Shown: piece after piece, positions 23,186 through 35,820 of the stretch
How the letters are laid out: each line of letters begins with the position of its first letter
Position numbering within the stretch: the first letter of the stretch is position 1
Assembly: GCA_963713605.1 (NCBI GenBank)
Contig: CAVQMO010000003.1
Coordinates: 32,001-96,000, forward strand
Direction: 5' to 3'
DNA length: 64,000 bases
Source of the DNA: an uncultured Nitrososphaerales archaeon
GTDB lineage: Archaea; Thermoproteota; Nitrososphaeria; Nitrososphaerales; Nitrososphaeraceae
Position numbers and translations under genes: made by a program
The notes under the pieces: generated by a model
Told to the model about the DNA's origin: nothing
Seen by the model: only the letters and a program-made list of their open reading frames with translations
The model's database searches: none

Positions 23186-23287
23186 CTTTAAACCCTCAAC
23201 GCCTACGTTGATATTTAACGATTGTGTTGAGAAGGCAATATTAAATATCTTTCATATTGGTGTTTATGAAAAAATTGGAATCAAGGT

Positions 23288-23907
23288 ATGAAGGAAACGT
23301 TGGTGCGACTAGTAAAACTGTGGCAACTGCGAGCTTTGATGATGTTAGTGTCTATAACAATGGTATCGCTATACTCGGCATCAAACATCATCATTCCAGA
23401 TACAGCATCTCAATTAGTAGTAGCTATAGAAGCTCAGCCGAGCGTGAATAGTATGGACGAAATAAATTTCAGCTCACCATTTAGTAATTCGTTTAGTCTA
23501 GGGACTCCTTTTTTAGTTGAATACGATAACACAACAAGTCTAAAGGCCATAGAAAATGCGGGTCCAAAAGCTTTAATGTTACATTCGAAGGTTATGGAAC
23601 TGTTAATGGTTTAAGGTACATGGATAACGGAACAGGAATTTTCCTTACCAATCCAATTGACGGGAGCATTTATCAAAAGGGAGTTATTGAACTAAAAACA
23701 GATAGTGACACTATTCAAACTACATACGAATCCATCAGTAAAAAAGGTGATAATGGCATTGTCTTAGATAACGGTATAATGATCTTCAATGCGTCGTCAT
23801 CCAAAGGTGGAGAGTTATCATTTCTGAACAATACAGTTGCTGCATATAAGGATATACTTGATCTTAGAAGAGGCAATTTAACTACTATTGCATGGGAATG
23901 GAAATAG
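23288..23907 (+). CDS. Secreted hypothetical protein, frameshifted near 23570
   Basis: Signal peptide; C-terminus GELSFLNNTVAAYKD...AWEWK. Confidence 0.6.
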
Positions 23908-24764
23908 GACTATATTCTATCCCAGTAATAATTGCCTTGTATAATATATTATGAAACACTAGAGCTGAAGGGTATCAGTAAGAACTAGAGTGAAGTTATT
24001 CAGTTTCTGGTCGTTAGGCACACGTCCACTCCTTGAAGGCTGCCAGAGCCCAGTTGTATCTAGGATTTTCTGTTGACGTAAGAATTAACACTGATCAAAT
24101 CGTCTCTATCACAAGTATAGAACCTAATAGGTAAGGCTTTGACAAACGGTTCTAAACGTGTTATTCTATTCTTTTGTTGGCTTTCATTGTTACTTCATAG
24201 GTTCCATTTGGGTTCTGCCTTATCCACCCTATATCTCAAAAATCTAAGACCTCTCAAACTAGTTTTTCATTTAATCAAGCGCTTTAGCCATACTTTCAAT
24301 ACCGTCGTGGTCCTTTACAAGCCTTGAAAGAAGATATTTTATTATCTCCACCCACCCCTGTTAGTTCATTAGTAGTGACTATTTGGTGGTCTTTCAAGTC
24401 ACCTTTGATACCCCCTCATGTCCCATGACTAATAGATATTATGTGGTATCTTATACTCATTCTTAAATTTCCCTATGCAAAATCGAAATAAGTCACTTAT
24501 TTATTGTGATATGTCAAGGATATAACCAACATGAGCATAGATGGTCACTCACATATTTAATGACCAGCCTCATATCTTGACAATAACGATGCGTTATCTA
24601 CCTCATTGTATGGAAAGATAATGGGATTCCGCTGTTTTGGGAAACATAACATGAATATGTAAAGAATTCAAACCCAATTCATTTTTTAGTAAAAAGAACG
24701 CATTTAGCTTATTGGAGTAAAAACCACGATACAGTGTCTAGTAAGTATTAACTCCCTTTTTCAC

Positions 24765-25268
24765 ATGAATGTGAATGTAATGGAACGATCAGTGACGGTG
24801 GAAAAATCTCTAAAAGTACTCTCCGATGATAAAGCGTTGATGTTGTTTGAGACAATAGCTCATCAAGATCTGGATCCTCATAACGTCTTGACAAGGTTAG
24901 GATTAACTAAACGACAGTATTATTCTAGAATGTTTAGTATGCTAGATGCAGGACTAATAAAGAGAAAGAACGGAACTTATAGTGTGACTTCATTTGGAAA
25001 GGTTGTGTACAAGGCACAGACATTAATAGGGCAAGGTGTAAGTTATCACTGGAAGCTTAAGGCAATCGACTCTCTGGAAATGAATTCTTCCCCTATTGTA
25101 CAAGAAGAACATTTTAAGATTATGGACTTGCTCATAGATAATCAGGAAATTAGAGAGATCCTTTCTCAGCTTTCTAAAGATAAACTGAATGGAGCAGCAG
25201 CCCCTACTTCAAAAATAAATAGGAAGGAACTAAGTACTTCAGTCACTCCATATGTTCAAGGTAGATAG
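24765..25268 (+). CDS. Winged-helix DNA-binding protein
   Basis: LGLTKRQYYSRMFSMLDAGLIKRKNGTYSVTSFGK. Confidence 0.8.
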   Translation: MNVNVMERSVTVEKSLKVLSDDKALMLFETIAHQDLDPHNVLTRLGLTKRQYYSRMFSMLDAGLIKRKNGTYSVTSFGKVVYKAQTLIGQGVSYHWKLKAIDSLEMNSSPIVQEEHFKIMDLLIDNQEIREILSQLSKDKLNGAAAPTSKINRKELSTSVTPYVQGR

Positions 25269-25909
25269 GAGAATAAACTAGTAATATCTATTCTCGTACT
25301 TGCATCAAAATTCTGACAGTACCTGTTCAGATGAATCAAACTGGCTTCCTTCGATCTGTCCTCTCTGCTGACTTTGAACCCTTGGACCTTGACTAGTCCG
25401 AAAACTATCAATCATATCTTGAGCTAAAGATAATTCGTCAGGGTATGATTCTATACCTGCATAATATTGTATGTAAAAAGCGCTTCTAGGGAGCTAGACA
25501 TTGGTGTAAAAAATATCCACTGGTGAAGATAACCATGAAAACGGTGCTGATAGACTAGATGAATTCTCAGAACCCGTCAATAAGCGCAACGGCAAAGGAA
25601 GACAATGCATCAGGAAATTCGGAAATCTTGTATATTAAATCTGCTGATGGACGGGAATCGAACTACAGAAAGTGTCAGCATTGATAGCGCTGTTCCGGGA
25701 ATTGCAGCATTAGATAGCAATGTATTTGGGCTGATTTTATGCCCGGGGATAGTGGTGTCCTTTTTAGATCTACAACCAGTGGAGAAACATTTGATCCCTC
25801 ACCTGCACCTGAGTAACTCCGGAAATGGTCCTGTAGAGTCAAAACAAATGATGCAGATTTTATAGAATTTGGAAACATTATGGTAGGAATAGCACGTTAC
25901 CTAGGTTTG

Positions 25910-26175
25910 CTACCTGGTCTGGATTCGACTCATGATAGTGATTACGAGCCCTTTGAAGAAGAAGGAATGGTAGTTATTTACAGAAATCTTCAACGTTGGA
26001 TCGACTAGCAGGTTCTTGTACCAGTTGGTGTCAGAGCCCTGAACTGGTAGCAAATAAAGTGTTCATGCACAAACCATACTGGCCTAGAAATATCTCTGCC
26101 AGATTTTCTACCTTTAACGCTGAGTCTTATCTCATATACTCTATCCAGTCTCTGGTGAAGATCATCTTTTGACAT
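25910..26175 (-). pseudogene. Deazaflavin-dependent nitroreductase-like fragment
   Basis: Manual translation: EIRLSVKGRKSGRDISRPVWFVHE...LLPVQGSDTNWYKNLLVDP. Confidence 0.55.
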
Positions 26176-26359
26176 GACATTCTATTCTGCATATTTCAGA
26201 TATGGTTTTCGCGTGTTGCTCTATATCTGAATGCTGTAAGCCAGAGTCAATCTACTCTAACTAACTTTTCCATATAGATAACTGAATGAGAATACGTAAA
26301 TAAATATAACTAGCAGACAGGTTTACTCATGGTAATACCTAATCTTCAAAAACCTATAC

Positions 26360-26995
26360 ATGAGCACGAAAATGTCTACCATCATTTTGATAGTAATAAT
26401 TTCAGTTTTATTAGCAGTATTTTTTACCTTTTCTTTGTATTTCTTTCCACATCAATATTTGTCTACAAGACAGGTTTCACAAGCCTTACCAAAGATTATC
26501 AATGTCAATATAAATACTTCATCGTTATCTGACATGGGAAATTTGCACTTAGGTGAATCCTTTGTTGTGAGTATAACAATTGCCAATCTCGGAGATACTG
26601 CAGACTTTCAAATCGCTTCAGTGTCATTTCCTAATATTACTGATAAGATTCCCGACAACATTGCAAATAGAATTGTAATCATATTACATCATAACTTTAC
26701 TCAAAGTCCGGTCTTTATACAAGCGGGTGATGAAATTGGATCAGAATATGCAGGACTAACTAAAACAACAATTGCAAGATATCCGTCTATCGAATTTTAC
26801 AATAGTCCATGGGCTACCAACACCTTTTATGAAGCCCAGCTGCAAGTAAAGCCAGTTTCTGAGGGAGATTTTGTTGTATTTGTTAAAGTTGTAGCATTAC
26901 CCCATACAACTGATCTATCACATTATCCTACTATAGGAATTATAGACCAGCAGCAAGAATTTGTCAATTTATATCATATAACCGTGGTAAAATAG
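26360..26995 (+). CDS. Membrane-anchored hypothetical protein, Ig-like
   Basis: N-terminal TM segment; LGESFVVSITIANLGD. Confidence 0.6.
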   Translation: MSTKMSTIILIVIISVLLAVFFTFSLYFFPHQYLSTRQVSQALPKIINVNINTSSLSDMGNLHLGESFVVSITIANLGDTADFQIASVSFPNITDKIPDNIANRIVIILHHNFTQSPVFIQAGDEIGSEYAGLTKTTIARYPSIEFYNSPWATNTFYEAQLQVKPVSEGDFVVFVKVVALPHTTDLSHYPTIGIIDQQQEFVNLYHITVVK

Positions 26996-27772
26996 AACTG
27001 TAAAAATTGAACCAATCTCTAAAGATGTAGTCTAAATGGCGTAGACAAGAGCAGGAAAGAAAAATTTGACTAACCTGAGGAACAGGCCATTACACACCTA
27101 TAAAATCAATTGCATATAGGAGTTTTTATCTGCAGACTTCGGCTCGGTAGACGGATATGAACGTCACATCGCAACTAGGCACCCAAACTTACCCGGTTAT
27201 CCTGGACCCTGCTCATGTCAAGTACTACTGTTGAAAGACAAGATATGTACTGGGACCGTGAAATAAAAGCAGATTTTGAACGGAAATAGCTATTCATTAT
27301 TTTGATACAGTCCTATTACGCATTTAAATGTGGACAAGAGAAATATTGAGATAGACATCACCCATGACCATAAAGAACTAAATGAATGGTTGAGCGGGTA
27401 GGTAAGACTGCTAATGAGATAAGTGATGATCCAGATTATACTCGCATAAAGCTGAATGGACCACATACAGGTTTCATCATCGAATGGGGCATTGGGCTGT
27501 CTTGGATGGGCTATCGAGCGATCCATAAATGACATACCTCTACGATATTGATTTGAGGATGTATGCTATAACAATTATTTGATTTCTGTATTCTATTGTT
27601 TTCTCTTAACTACTACTAATTAGCCAGGTAGACTAGTAATAGACTCGGTGAAGAAGGGTATGATCTTTATCCTAGTGTAAGAACAACTCTATGACTTTAG
27701 ACGATCTTGACTGTCAGTTGGCCTCTCTAAGTAAGAGATATAACTAAAAGATTGTTCTAATTCACAAAATAG

Positions 27773-27952
27773 ATGACTTCAACTTCAAGAAAAGCAAAAT
27801 TAGAGATCGAAATTGAGATTGATATACCAGTAGACATTATTAATGACAAACAGCGGTTTAGTCTAGTTGAGGATGGAATAGTTAGAAGTATTTCCAAAGG
27901 TCTCTACGAGCAAGGAGTATCGTTTAGAATCATACGATCAAACCTGAGTTGA
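27773..27952 (+). CDS. Small hypothetical protein (59 aa, below ORF-track cutoff)
   Basis: MTSTSRKAKLEIEIEIDIPVDIINDKQRFSLVEDGIVRSISKGLYEQGVSFRIIRSNLS. Confidence 0.55.
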   Translation: MTSTSRKAKLEIEIEIDIPVDIINDKQRFSLVEDGIVRSISKGLYEQGVSFRIIRSNLS

Positions 27953-28343
27953 ATGTTTGAAACCCACGAACCCGTGAACTTCGTTCCTCAGCGATGGTGT
28001 AAGTTCAATTAGAATTTTGCTCACTTTTACATTTCCGTGACTTTATTCACAAATAAAGTGCACTCGAGACCTTTCCTGAAATTTAACGCAAAGCATTTGT
28101 ACTGTGGTCAAACTCACAGACAGAAAGATTGAATGAATATAGGCCATAAAGGACTTTCAGCCCATCTGTGGTTATCGCTAGTGATACATGATTATACTTC
28201 TATATCTGAGCAAATCGTAGGGCAGCATTTTTTAAAGCGATTTTAGCCGACGAGGGACATTTATAATGTAGAATTTGAGAGAAGATTATTCCCGATAACT
28301 ATCTATATTGTAAAAGGAAAGTTTAATATCGATCAATTTTTTA

Positions 28344-28691
28344 GTGTATTTGAGCTTGAAACAGGTAGCCAGTGTAGAAAGTATAATTAATGCATTATCT
28401 GAGCTTGAGGATGACCTAGACAATATTAGCAACAAAACGGATGAAATGAAGAGGCGCCTAATCAACCTCTCTCACGAACAAATTGAACATCTCAAAGAGA
28501 AGATTATAAACTTGGCAAATGGCGAAGCAAAAAAAATTATTGATACAGCTAGGCAGGAAGCTGAAAAAGAGTCATCAACCATTCTCAAAGATTCGGAAAA
28601 CGAACTCGCAAAAATTAAAAAGAATATAGAGTCTTCTTATGACAAAGCAATTGAGATTGCAGTAAAAATTATTTTATGGGGAAAACCCTAA
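28344..28691 (+). CDS. Coiled-coil protein resembling A/V-ATPase peripheral stalk subunit H/G
   Basis: Helical: EAKKIIDTARQEAEKES...YDKAIEIAVKIIL. Confidence 0.55.
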   Translation: MYLSLKQVASVESIINALSELEDDLDNISNKTDEMKRRLINLSHEQIEHLKEKIINLANGEAKKIIDTARQEAEKESSTILKDSENELAKIKKNIESSYDKAIEIAVKIILWGKP

Positions 28692-28787
28692 TTTACATTC
28701 GCATCATTTATGTAAACTTTGACTTAAATTGTTGTACCTTCCTGTAATGATTGAAACCGTAGGTAGCATTATACTGCAGAAAATGTA

Positions 28788-29495
28788 GTGGCAGTATCCA
28801 TTTTTCCCATAAAGTTTAATAATAAATTTTGTCCAAGATTCTGCGATGAAACGCCCCTGAACAAGGAGCTGTTACAGCATAAAGTCACCGTTGCTACTGT
28901 TTATGGTCGTTCTTATTTTAGAATTATTAATGCGTTAAAGCTTATGAATCTTGCCTTTGAGTCGCTTTCGCCCCAAGAAGCGGCAGAAACAAATACAAAG
29001 TTAGTTATAACTACAAGAAGAGAAGCTAAATTTTTGAATAAGAAGGAAATCATTTTGGATACCGATCTTCCAGAAAATCCCGTGTTGTCCAAAGCAAGAA
29101 TATTTAGAAGTATTATGAGAGGATATCAAGACGATCATTTGATAATCGGAATTGATCCGGGTAACCGCATTGGAATTTCTATAATATATCTACAAAATGA
29201 AATTGAAAGTCTAGTCGTATCATCCCCTAAATCTGCTATAGATTTAGTTATAGCATTCTTAGAAGGAATTCAATCTAAAAATAGGATTGTTAGAATTGGT
29301 GATGGTGACATGGGTATGTCACAATATATTGCTCGCATGATCAAATTGAAATTCAAGAACGCTGTCAAAATAGAAATTGTAGATGAATATGGTACTTCTT
29401 TACCGAGGAACACTGGGGTGAATAGACGCGGAATTCGAGATAAGCTTTCTGCTAAGACAATTGCGCTCAGAAGTGGGAGGCAGTTTCTACATTGA
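28788..29495 (+). CDS. Conserved hypothetical protein with RNase H-like (YqgF-type) domain
   Basis: LIIGIDPG, VRIGDG, IVDEYGTS, RDKLSAKTIALR. Confidence 0.65.
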   Translation: MAVSIFPIKFNNKFCPRFCDETPLNKELLQHKVTVATVYGRSYFRIINALKLMNLAFESLSPQEAAETNTKLVITTRREAKFLNKKEIILDTDLPENPVLSKARIFRSIMRGYQDDHLIIGIDPGNRIGISIIYLQNEIESLVVSSPKSAIDLVIAFLEGIQSKNRIVRIGDGDMGMSQYIARMIKLKFKNAVKIEIVDEYGTSLPRNTGVNRRGIRDKLSAKTIALRSGRQFLH

Positions 29496-29697
29496 CATGC
29501 GATGAGAAGCCTGCACGTACAACTTATGTGAAGCTTCTTTGTAGATTATTTGCTTGTTGCCGTTCGAGCGTTAATAATCTTTTGAATTTTTCATATTGCA
29601 ACTACTTCACTATATAATTTTTGCATAAATTTAAATACTATGTATTACTTTATTGTATTAGGTAGATTAGGTTTTACTTAGGAATAGATGAATTGGA

Positions 29698-29943
29698 ATG
29701 ACTTGTAAAGGTATATGTGGTAGACATAGGGCCCAAAAACCAGTTGGATCTGGTCGTTATGCTAGTGGACAAAGACGTTGCCAGATATGTGAGATATTCA
29801 TCAAGTGGGAAGGATTATGGTGCCCATGTTGTGGCTATAGGTTAAGAACAAAACCCAGAAATCTGAAATATAAGGCAAGATTGAGAGCACGTAAAAAATT
29901 GCAAGAGGTTTATCCTGAGAAACCTATTCAAGTTCAGGTCTGA
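29698..29943 (+). CDS. Small Cys-rich zinc-finger protein
   Basis: CKGIC, CQIC, CPCC motifs; basic C-terminus. Confidence 0.8.
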   Translation: MTCKGICGRHRAQKPVGSGRYASGQRRCQICEIFIKWEGLWCPCCGYRLRTKPRNLKYKARLRARKKLQEVYPEKPIQVQV

Positions 29944-29995
29944 CTGTAGATCGTAAAAGGACGATTAAGGTCATTAGATGAAAGTAGACTAAGGG

Positions 29996-30319
29996 ATGGT
30001 CGATAAAGCTCTAAAGTCTCAAAGCGGAAGAGATTTCGTCATCAAATACGTACCTGTCTCTAACGGATGCATTATTTTGATATCAGAAGATTCCGACCAA
30101 ATAGGAGCTATCTCAGTTTCCATTTCATCGTCCAATAGAAGTAATACTGCCAAGGTTATTCCAAGTAAATATGATTCAGTATTCCTAAATACTATTACTG
30201 AGATGGTATCCAGAATGAAAAATGGAATATGCATAACCTCACTGTACAGCACCAAACAGCTGACATTGGATGATATGAAAACTATTATGGATCAGATACG
30301 AGATCTTATTGGAACCTAA
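29996..30319 (+). CDS. Proteasome assembly chaperone 4-like protein (integration target)
   Basis: Resembles thaumarchaeal PAC4-like proteins (NGCIILISE..IGAISVS..VIPSK.DSVFL); its last 15 nt are repeated at 63418. Confidence 0.6.
   Translation: MVDKALKSQSGRDFVIKYVPVSNGCIILISEDSDQIGAISVSISSSNRSNTAKVIPSKYDSVFLNTITEMVSRMKNGICITSLYSTKQLTLDDMKTIMDQIRDLIGT
30305..30319 (+). repeat. attL candidate
   Basis: CTTATTGGAACCTAA, includes the gene's stop codon. Confidence 0.8.
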
Positions 30320-30367
30320 GCATAAAAATAATATGTGCTTATATGAGCCTGGTATTCTTTAAATCAT

Positions 30368-31290
30368 ATGAATATTACTTTTATTTATGAAGATAATCCT
30401 CCATTTGACAGAAAAATCGAAAATGTCACTTCAGGTCTAAAACCAATCTGTAAGAAAATTCTGCAGAGTATCAAAAAAAATGCCGTAATTATTGCTGATT
30501 ATATCACTTCGATGCAAGCAGAGATCAATCCTTCAGATCATTATAAGAAGAATGTAATCTTGCTTTTGTGCAGATTCTCTCAAAGCAATAAAGATAAGCC
30601 ATTACAAAAGATAATACGATAAGACGTAGTAGCTTTTCTAGACCGTCTTAGAAAACCTGAATCAGCTGATCCCTTGCACAAATGGATTGGCACTTACAAT
30701 TTGTATGGAATCTACTTTCTACGTTTCTTTAAATGGTTGTATTATCCTGATGTTGAACCAAGTAAAAGAGCAAAACCGCAGGTTGTAGATAATATCCCAC
30801 AGTTAAAAAGAAAAGAACAATTCATATACAAACCCTCAGATCTCTGGTCGCAAGAAGATGATCTTCTCTTCTTGAGATATTGCCCATCCAAGAGAACGAA
30901 ATGCTATCATGCCATGTCTAGGGACACTGGTTGTAGGCCACACGAACTATTAAAGTTAAGAATTAAAGATATTGTATTCAAGAACGCAGGAGGTAAGCAA
31001 TATGCAGAAGTTCTGCTAACAGGTAAGACATGTTCCAGGCAAATATCTCAAATAGACTCTCTGCCTTACATTAAAGACTATTTAGACCATGAACACCCGC
31101 AACCAACCAATTTTAATGCACCATTATTTGCAGGAACGAGAAAGAGTCTTGGTAGAAGATAGGTGTTACCCGTCTTCATAGGATCTATGACAACTATAAG
31201 AAAATCTATTTCCCAAACTGCTTCAGAATCCTGTAAGTGTTCGCCAAGAGTATAAACAAAAGATAAAGGAATTATTGAAGAAGCCTTATA
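30368..31290 (+). pseudogene. Tyrosine integrase, interrupted and 3'-truncated
   Basis: DPLHKWIGTYN, RDTGCRPHELLKLRIKD; internal stops; ends at ELLKKP before the HxxR/Tyr region. Confidence 0.85.
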
Positions 31291-31348
31291 GAACTTTAGA
31301 ACAATGACGGAATATTGAATTTAATAAAAATAGAAGAGAATAGTATCT

Positions 31349-32059
31349 CTATATTACGCGAAGGTCTGTTTGTTCAAAACTTGACTGATAGCTATCTTTA
31401 CCAACTTCAATCTCTGTGTCGTAAGTTCCTATATCAGAGTTTGGTCCTAGTTGTACTGTAAATGTCGCATGTCCATTACTATTGGTATACATTGTTTGAG
31501 TTGTTTTATCATCATTATCTATTGTATAATCCTGATTAGAGGATATACTTCCTCCTGCTGCTGTAGCTGCAGCAGCTGCAAACGCCGTATTATCCCTTAA
31601 TGAAGATGATGTGTCATCAACAGCTAATTTTACAAATGCATCCGAGATTGGGTTGCCAGTGTTTCTATCCTTAACGGTTATTGTAAGATACGTCTTCTCT
31701 CCTATTTTTACAGGATTCTTTGTATATGAATACTCTACCAAGAATTGGTTTGATATTTGTGAATTATCATTATTACCGCAGCCGACAATTCCTTCAAATA
31801 AGGATGAAAACTTTCCTCCTGCAATGTCATTTGTAATACCACAGAAGCTATCACCATCTGTAGCTATGCTCTCTTCACCATCAAATGCAGCTGCTCTACC
31901 ATCTCCTTCAGCGTCAACGTCAACAGCAGCAATCAAATTGTGAGTTTGAATCGATGACACTGACAGAAATGATAATAACAACAGCAAAGAGAAACATGTC
32001 AGTATAGAGCTTGGGGCCAAATTCCTAAATTTAGTTGCTAGTTCTATATTCTTATACAT
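31349..32059 (-). CDS. Secreted Ig-like domain protein
   Basis: Signal/TM; ITVKDRNTGNPISDAFV, TNSNGHATFT. Confidence 0.65.
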   Translation of the reverse strand: MYKNIELATKFRNLAPSSILTCFSLLLLLSFLSVSSIQTHNLIAAVDVDAEGDGRAAAFDGEESIATDGDSFCGITNDIAGGKFSSLFEGIVGCGNNDNSQISNQFLVEYSYTKNPVKIGEKTYLTITVKDRNTGNPISDAFVKLAVDDTSSSLRDNTAFAAAAATAAGGSISSNQDYTIDNDDKTTQTMYTNSNGHATFTVQLGPNSDIGTYDTEIEVGKDSYQSSFEQTDLRVI

Positions 32060-32303
32060 ATTACTATTATCATCTCATCCCCTATTTTAAGCTAGTATGA
32101 TTACCTGCAATTTGACATTTGAAATAAGGAACAATTGCTAATATTACTACTATTATTGCAGTCATCGCCTTATGGAGCAGCTGCAGCTAACCTACCTAAC
32201 TTCTGCGGCTCTAGCAATTACTCAAACAATGAGCATCAGCTATAAAATTATATGACAAATATTCTATAACTTTAAATGCTATCCATAATTTTATAGTAAT
32301 AAG

Positions 32304-32601
32304 ATGAAGTCAAAGTTATCTATAACTTTAGTAGCTCTGTTGGCGTTGGGTCTAGCAATCCCGGGTTTGACATTGGCTCCACAACATGTTTTCGCGGACG
32401 GTGACGATAATGATGACGACTGTGGATCAGCAGCGGCTGCAGCGGCGGCAGAGGATAGCGCAGCAGGCAGCAGCTGCTTCAGGATGCGACGACGATGACG
32501 ATGATGGTGGTTCAGCGGCAGCAGCGAGCAGGATCTGCATCAGCAGCAAGCGCTGCGTCAGGTGGATCAGCTGCAGCAGCGGCAGCAGCCAGCTAAATTA
32601 G
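32304..32601 (+). CDS. Small secreted Asp/Ala low-complexity protein, frameshifted
   Basis: Signal peptide then DDDDDxGSAAAAA repeats. Confidence 0.55.
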
Positions 32602-32967
32602 GCAGCGCTGGTTGCTACGCCCAATTTTTTTATTTTCTTATAAATATAATTGCGTTTGTTTTGTCCTTATAGTAGAGTCAACTATGGCTTGAGTGCTGAG
32701 GGTAGTACATCCGACTCCCTACCTGTTTGCATCTGATAACATTGTTCCAGCACATTCTGTAGCAGGGTTTATGGTAAATCCAGTTTTAGAACATCAACAA
32801 CAGGCAAGAACCTCAAGTTATATCGAATTTATGTATCAATAAGCAAGGATCACGATTTAGTAAAGATTCTTAATTTCCTTTATTTGTTAGAAGGCGATCA
32901 TGAGAGGCAAGGTTCTATTATTCTGAAGAAAGAAAAATCAAGGTGACTATGTTTTTAGTCTATTTGT

Positions 32968-33521
32968 CTACATCGGTGGCAAGCCAAAGAAGGCTCTCAA
33001 ACAAGCCATTGCTTGGTCAATCGTGGGTTCATCGACGGCTGAATCTATTAGATTGTTTTCTACTATGCTAGTTAATGCGAATTCTATTACTGCGGCTCCA
33101 CTCACATTCATACATAACTGTTCGAGCGAGGTTAATTGACTTAATGTATCAGCAGACAGCTCATTCAGGAAAAGATCTATCTTTGTATTACTGAGGAATG
33201 AGTAAAACACTCTTCGCATGTGTCTGGTGAGTTTGGTGGACTTGGACTTGGGAATCTTTGTTCAGCCGACAAAGCAACCACGTTCTTTTCTCATTGGACT
33301 TGGGAATGTATATTCTGACAGCCCATATTCAGAGGAAAGAATTCATTTTCACAAGCATTGGCTTGTGACGTTGCTTGATTCTTGCCGTATTTCTCTGCGA
33401 ATACATTTTGTGTTGTTGACATTATTATTGTGGCAGTAGTTGAAAGCAACATTAGTGCTGTTGTTGCTGCTAGTGAGGGAATTACAAACTTGTGTTTCTT
33501 CCTTGTCTCTTTGATACGCAT
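32968..33521 (-). pseudogene. Secreted hypothetical protein, frameshifted
   Basis: Signal peptide, QATSQANAC...GCQNIHSQVQ; continuation in 32968-33219. Confidence 0.5.
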
Positions 33522-33712
33522 GACTAGACTACCGCAAAGATAGGCATTTCAGTTTATTTCGGTTACATGAAATCTGGCTCCTAATTAAATCTTAGATATT
33601 TTCTGTGAGATTTTCATTTATTATTCCTTAATGCCAGAATTGCATGGATGATTTAAGTGAGTCGACTCATGATACCTCGTAAATCTATAATTAGTAATGA
33701 GGACTACAACGT

Positions 33713-34165
33713 TTACATTTGATCATTGATCTGTTTAACACTCTTTCTAATCTCATCAATAAGTGTTTGAATCTGTTGATTTTGCTGGTGTATGAATGTA
33801 GAGAGTTGATTTAAAAGATTACCCATATTCATGCCTTCCTTATCGATAGTATGGCTACCTAGAGATGGATCTCCAAATAATGAATTATGCATATCGTGTA
33901 AATGTTGCTCGTTATAATCTCGTCCTAATATTTTTGATAATACTCTAATTGTATTATCTTGTTCACTCATTACAGTTAACATCCGGCCTACGCTTACAGT
34001 AGCAGGGTTACCACCTAACTGTGAATCTAGAAATTGTTTGTTAAATCGTGCTGCATTATAAATGACTTTTTGCGGAGTATTTTCATACTGTGCAGATTTT
34101 ACATTGTGATCTTGTGGGCTATTTTTATCCTCATTAATCATTACGTTCTGTATACAATCAACCAA
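33713..34165 (-). CDS. Hypothetical protein
   Basis: 150 aa ORF with coiled-coil C-terminus. Confidence 0.5.
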   Translation of the reverse strand: MVDCIQNVMINEDKNSPQDHNVKSAQYENTPQKVIYNAARFNKQFLDSQLGGNPATVSVGRMLTVMSEQDNTIRVLSKILGRDYNEQHLHDMHNSLFGDPSLGSHTIDKEGMNMGNLLNQLSTFIHQQNQQIQTLIDEIRKSVKQINDQM

Positions 34166-34490
34166 TATGAGTGATACTTCTGGATAAAGGGACGTCTAGT
34201 CTATATCTCCTATCAATCAGCTGTTAGTGCCAGAACTGCAGAGATATGCCAAACAGATTCATCCTTCAGAGATCCCAGGAACCGCAACCTTCCTAAACAA
34301 ATGTGGAGATACGATGGTGCTCTCAGGATAGTTGGATAGTCTAGACCGAACGCCAACCTTGTTGCCAGCATTTCTGTATGCTGCTCAAGTCGTGAAACAA
34401 ATCTCATAGAAGAGATCTGGTATTAAAGTCATAGTCATAGCCATATCTCACCAATCTCAGATAAGCAAGAAGATAAGCTGGTTCTTCGTA

Positions 34491-34787
34491 ATGGGACTGA
34501 ATAAGTCTTGCATCATTCTCTCGCATTCGGTTCTCGTACTCATAATACTAACTTCTGTTATGACTCTGATGTCATTCCCTGCAACTGAGGAAGTTGCTGC
34601 TAACAGTAGACTGGATATGCACAGCAGATCGATAGATATTGATATTTGTATAAGATGTAATTCTTCTATACCTGGTCCTCCTGGACCTCAGGGAGAGACA
34701 GGTGATAAGGGTGATCTAGGCGAGCAGGGGCCTCCAGGACCTTCAAAAATAGCAGTAGTACCCTCGAACTCATACAATCGCCCGTAG
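34491..34787 (+). CDS. Secreted collagen-like (GXY) protein, probably truncated
   Basis: Signal peptide; GPPGPQGETGDKGDLGEQGPPGP. Confidence 0.65.
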   Translation: MGLNKSCIILSHSVLVLIILTSVMTLMSFPATEEVAANSRLDMHSRSIDIDICIRCNSSIPGPPGPQGETGDKGDLGEQGPPGPSKIAVVPSNSYNRP

Positions 34788-35068
34788 ACTTACAGCAGGG
34801 AATGTCTGTTGAAGCTACTTATATCAGTGCAGGAGTGAGAGGAGTGTGTGTGTTTACAATAGCGAATTTTTTTGTCAGACATATTTATAATACAGTGTGA
34901 CCTAATTTGGGGTTCCCCTTTTCCACAGAACGGATCACAATTAACCTATGTCATAACGAAGCCCTGAATTGTAGGACTTTCATTCTTGACAAAATACACT
35001 GAAGTGAATACAGTCACAACTTGTATCAACAGAAACAATAACAGATAGGTTTTGTTTCCGTCAAGTCC

Positions 35069-35610
35069 TCACCAATGATGTTTATCTAGTTTCCATTCGT
35101 CTGACACCACTGCTGTGCGAAGAGATGCTATGAGCTTCTGCAAAGTGGGATGGATCTTAGTTAACCTCTTGGACATCATTTATACGTCCATTGCAGCATC
35201 TCCCTATGTCTTTTCTGGAAGTTGACAGGTATAATCTGCATGTCACCTGTACGCATCAGCCAGAGCTGCTCCTCTGTGTAGTAATGGTAGTTCTCGAACT
35301 TACCTATCCTCCTCTTTAGTTCTCGGATAACTTCTGGATTTGCACCGTCTACATACAGCTTGGTAATATGGTGTCTCTGCTTCAGTTGAAGGATGTGTTT
35401 TATTATTTGATTCATTTGTGGCTTGTCAAAGCGCTTTGCATAGCAGACTTCTACCTTGTTGTTTCTGTGTTGGGTAATAACTATATCAAACTTGGATGTA
35501 TCTCCCCATGCAACATCAATACCCATACTTCTTCCAATCATCACGTTCGTAGACCAGTCCAACATTTCTTGGCCTTGTTCTTGTGTTACTATGGCCGCGA
35601 CTGATTTCAT
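35069..35610 (-). pseudogene. Terminase large subunit-like nuclease-domain fragment (copy 1)
   Basis: SMGIDVAWGD, YVDGANPEVIRELK, PVNFQKRHREML; paralogue of 41122-41800. Confidence 0.7.
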
Positions 35611-35820
35611 AATCCATTTTATAAGAAATCTGTCATTGGTCTGTTGGGGAATTAGTCAATTATGAAAGATTGTTCTCTAATATGGCACGTGACATCTTTT
35701 TCATTTGTCAGGGCCTGTTCCGGCCAGTCAGTGCGTTGGTCGCATCAATAATCTATAGATGGGATGATTAAAGTTATAAAAACTGCTTTGCAATACATAA
35801 GGTAATGACTACCATCATGG

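Noticed and set aside
32698..32728. GGTAG...CTACC mini-hairpin as another array-type unit
   Set aside because: Only a 5-6 bp stem and weak TATA
35058..35072. Near-complement of the unit A loop at the end of TerL fragment 1
   Set aside because: 14 nt with a bulge; plausible by chance in 64 kb
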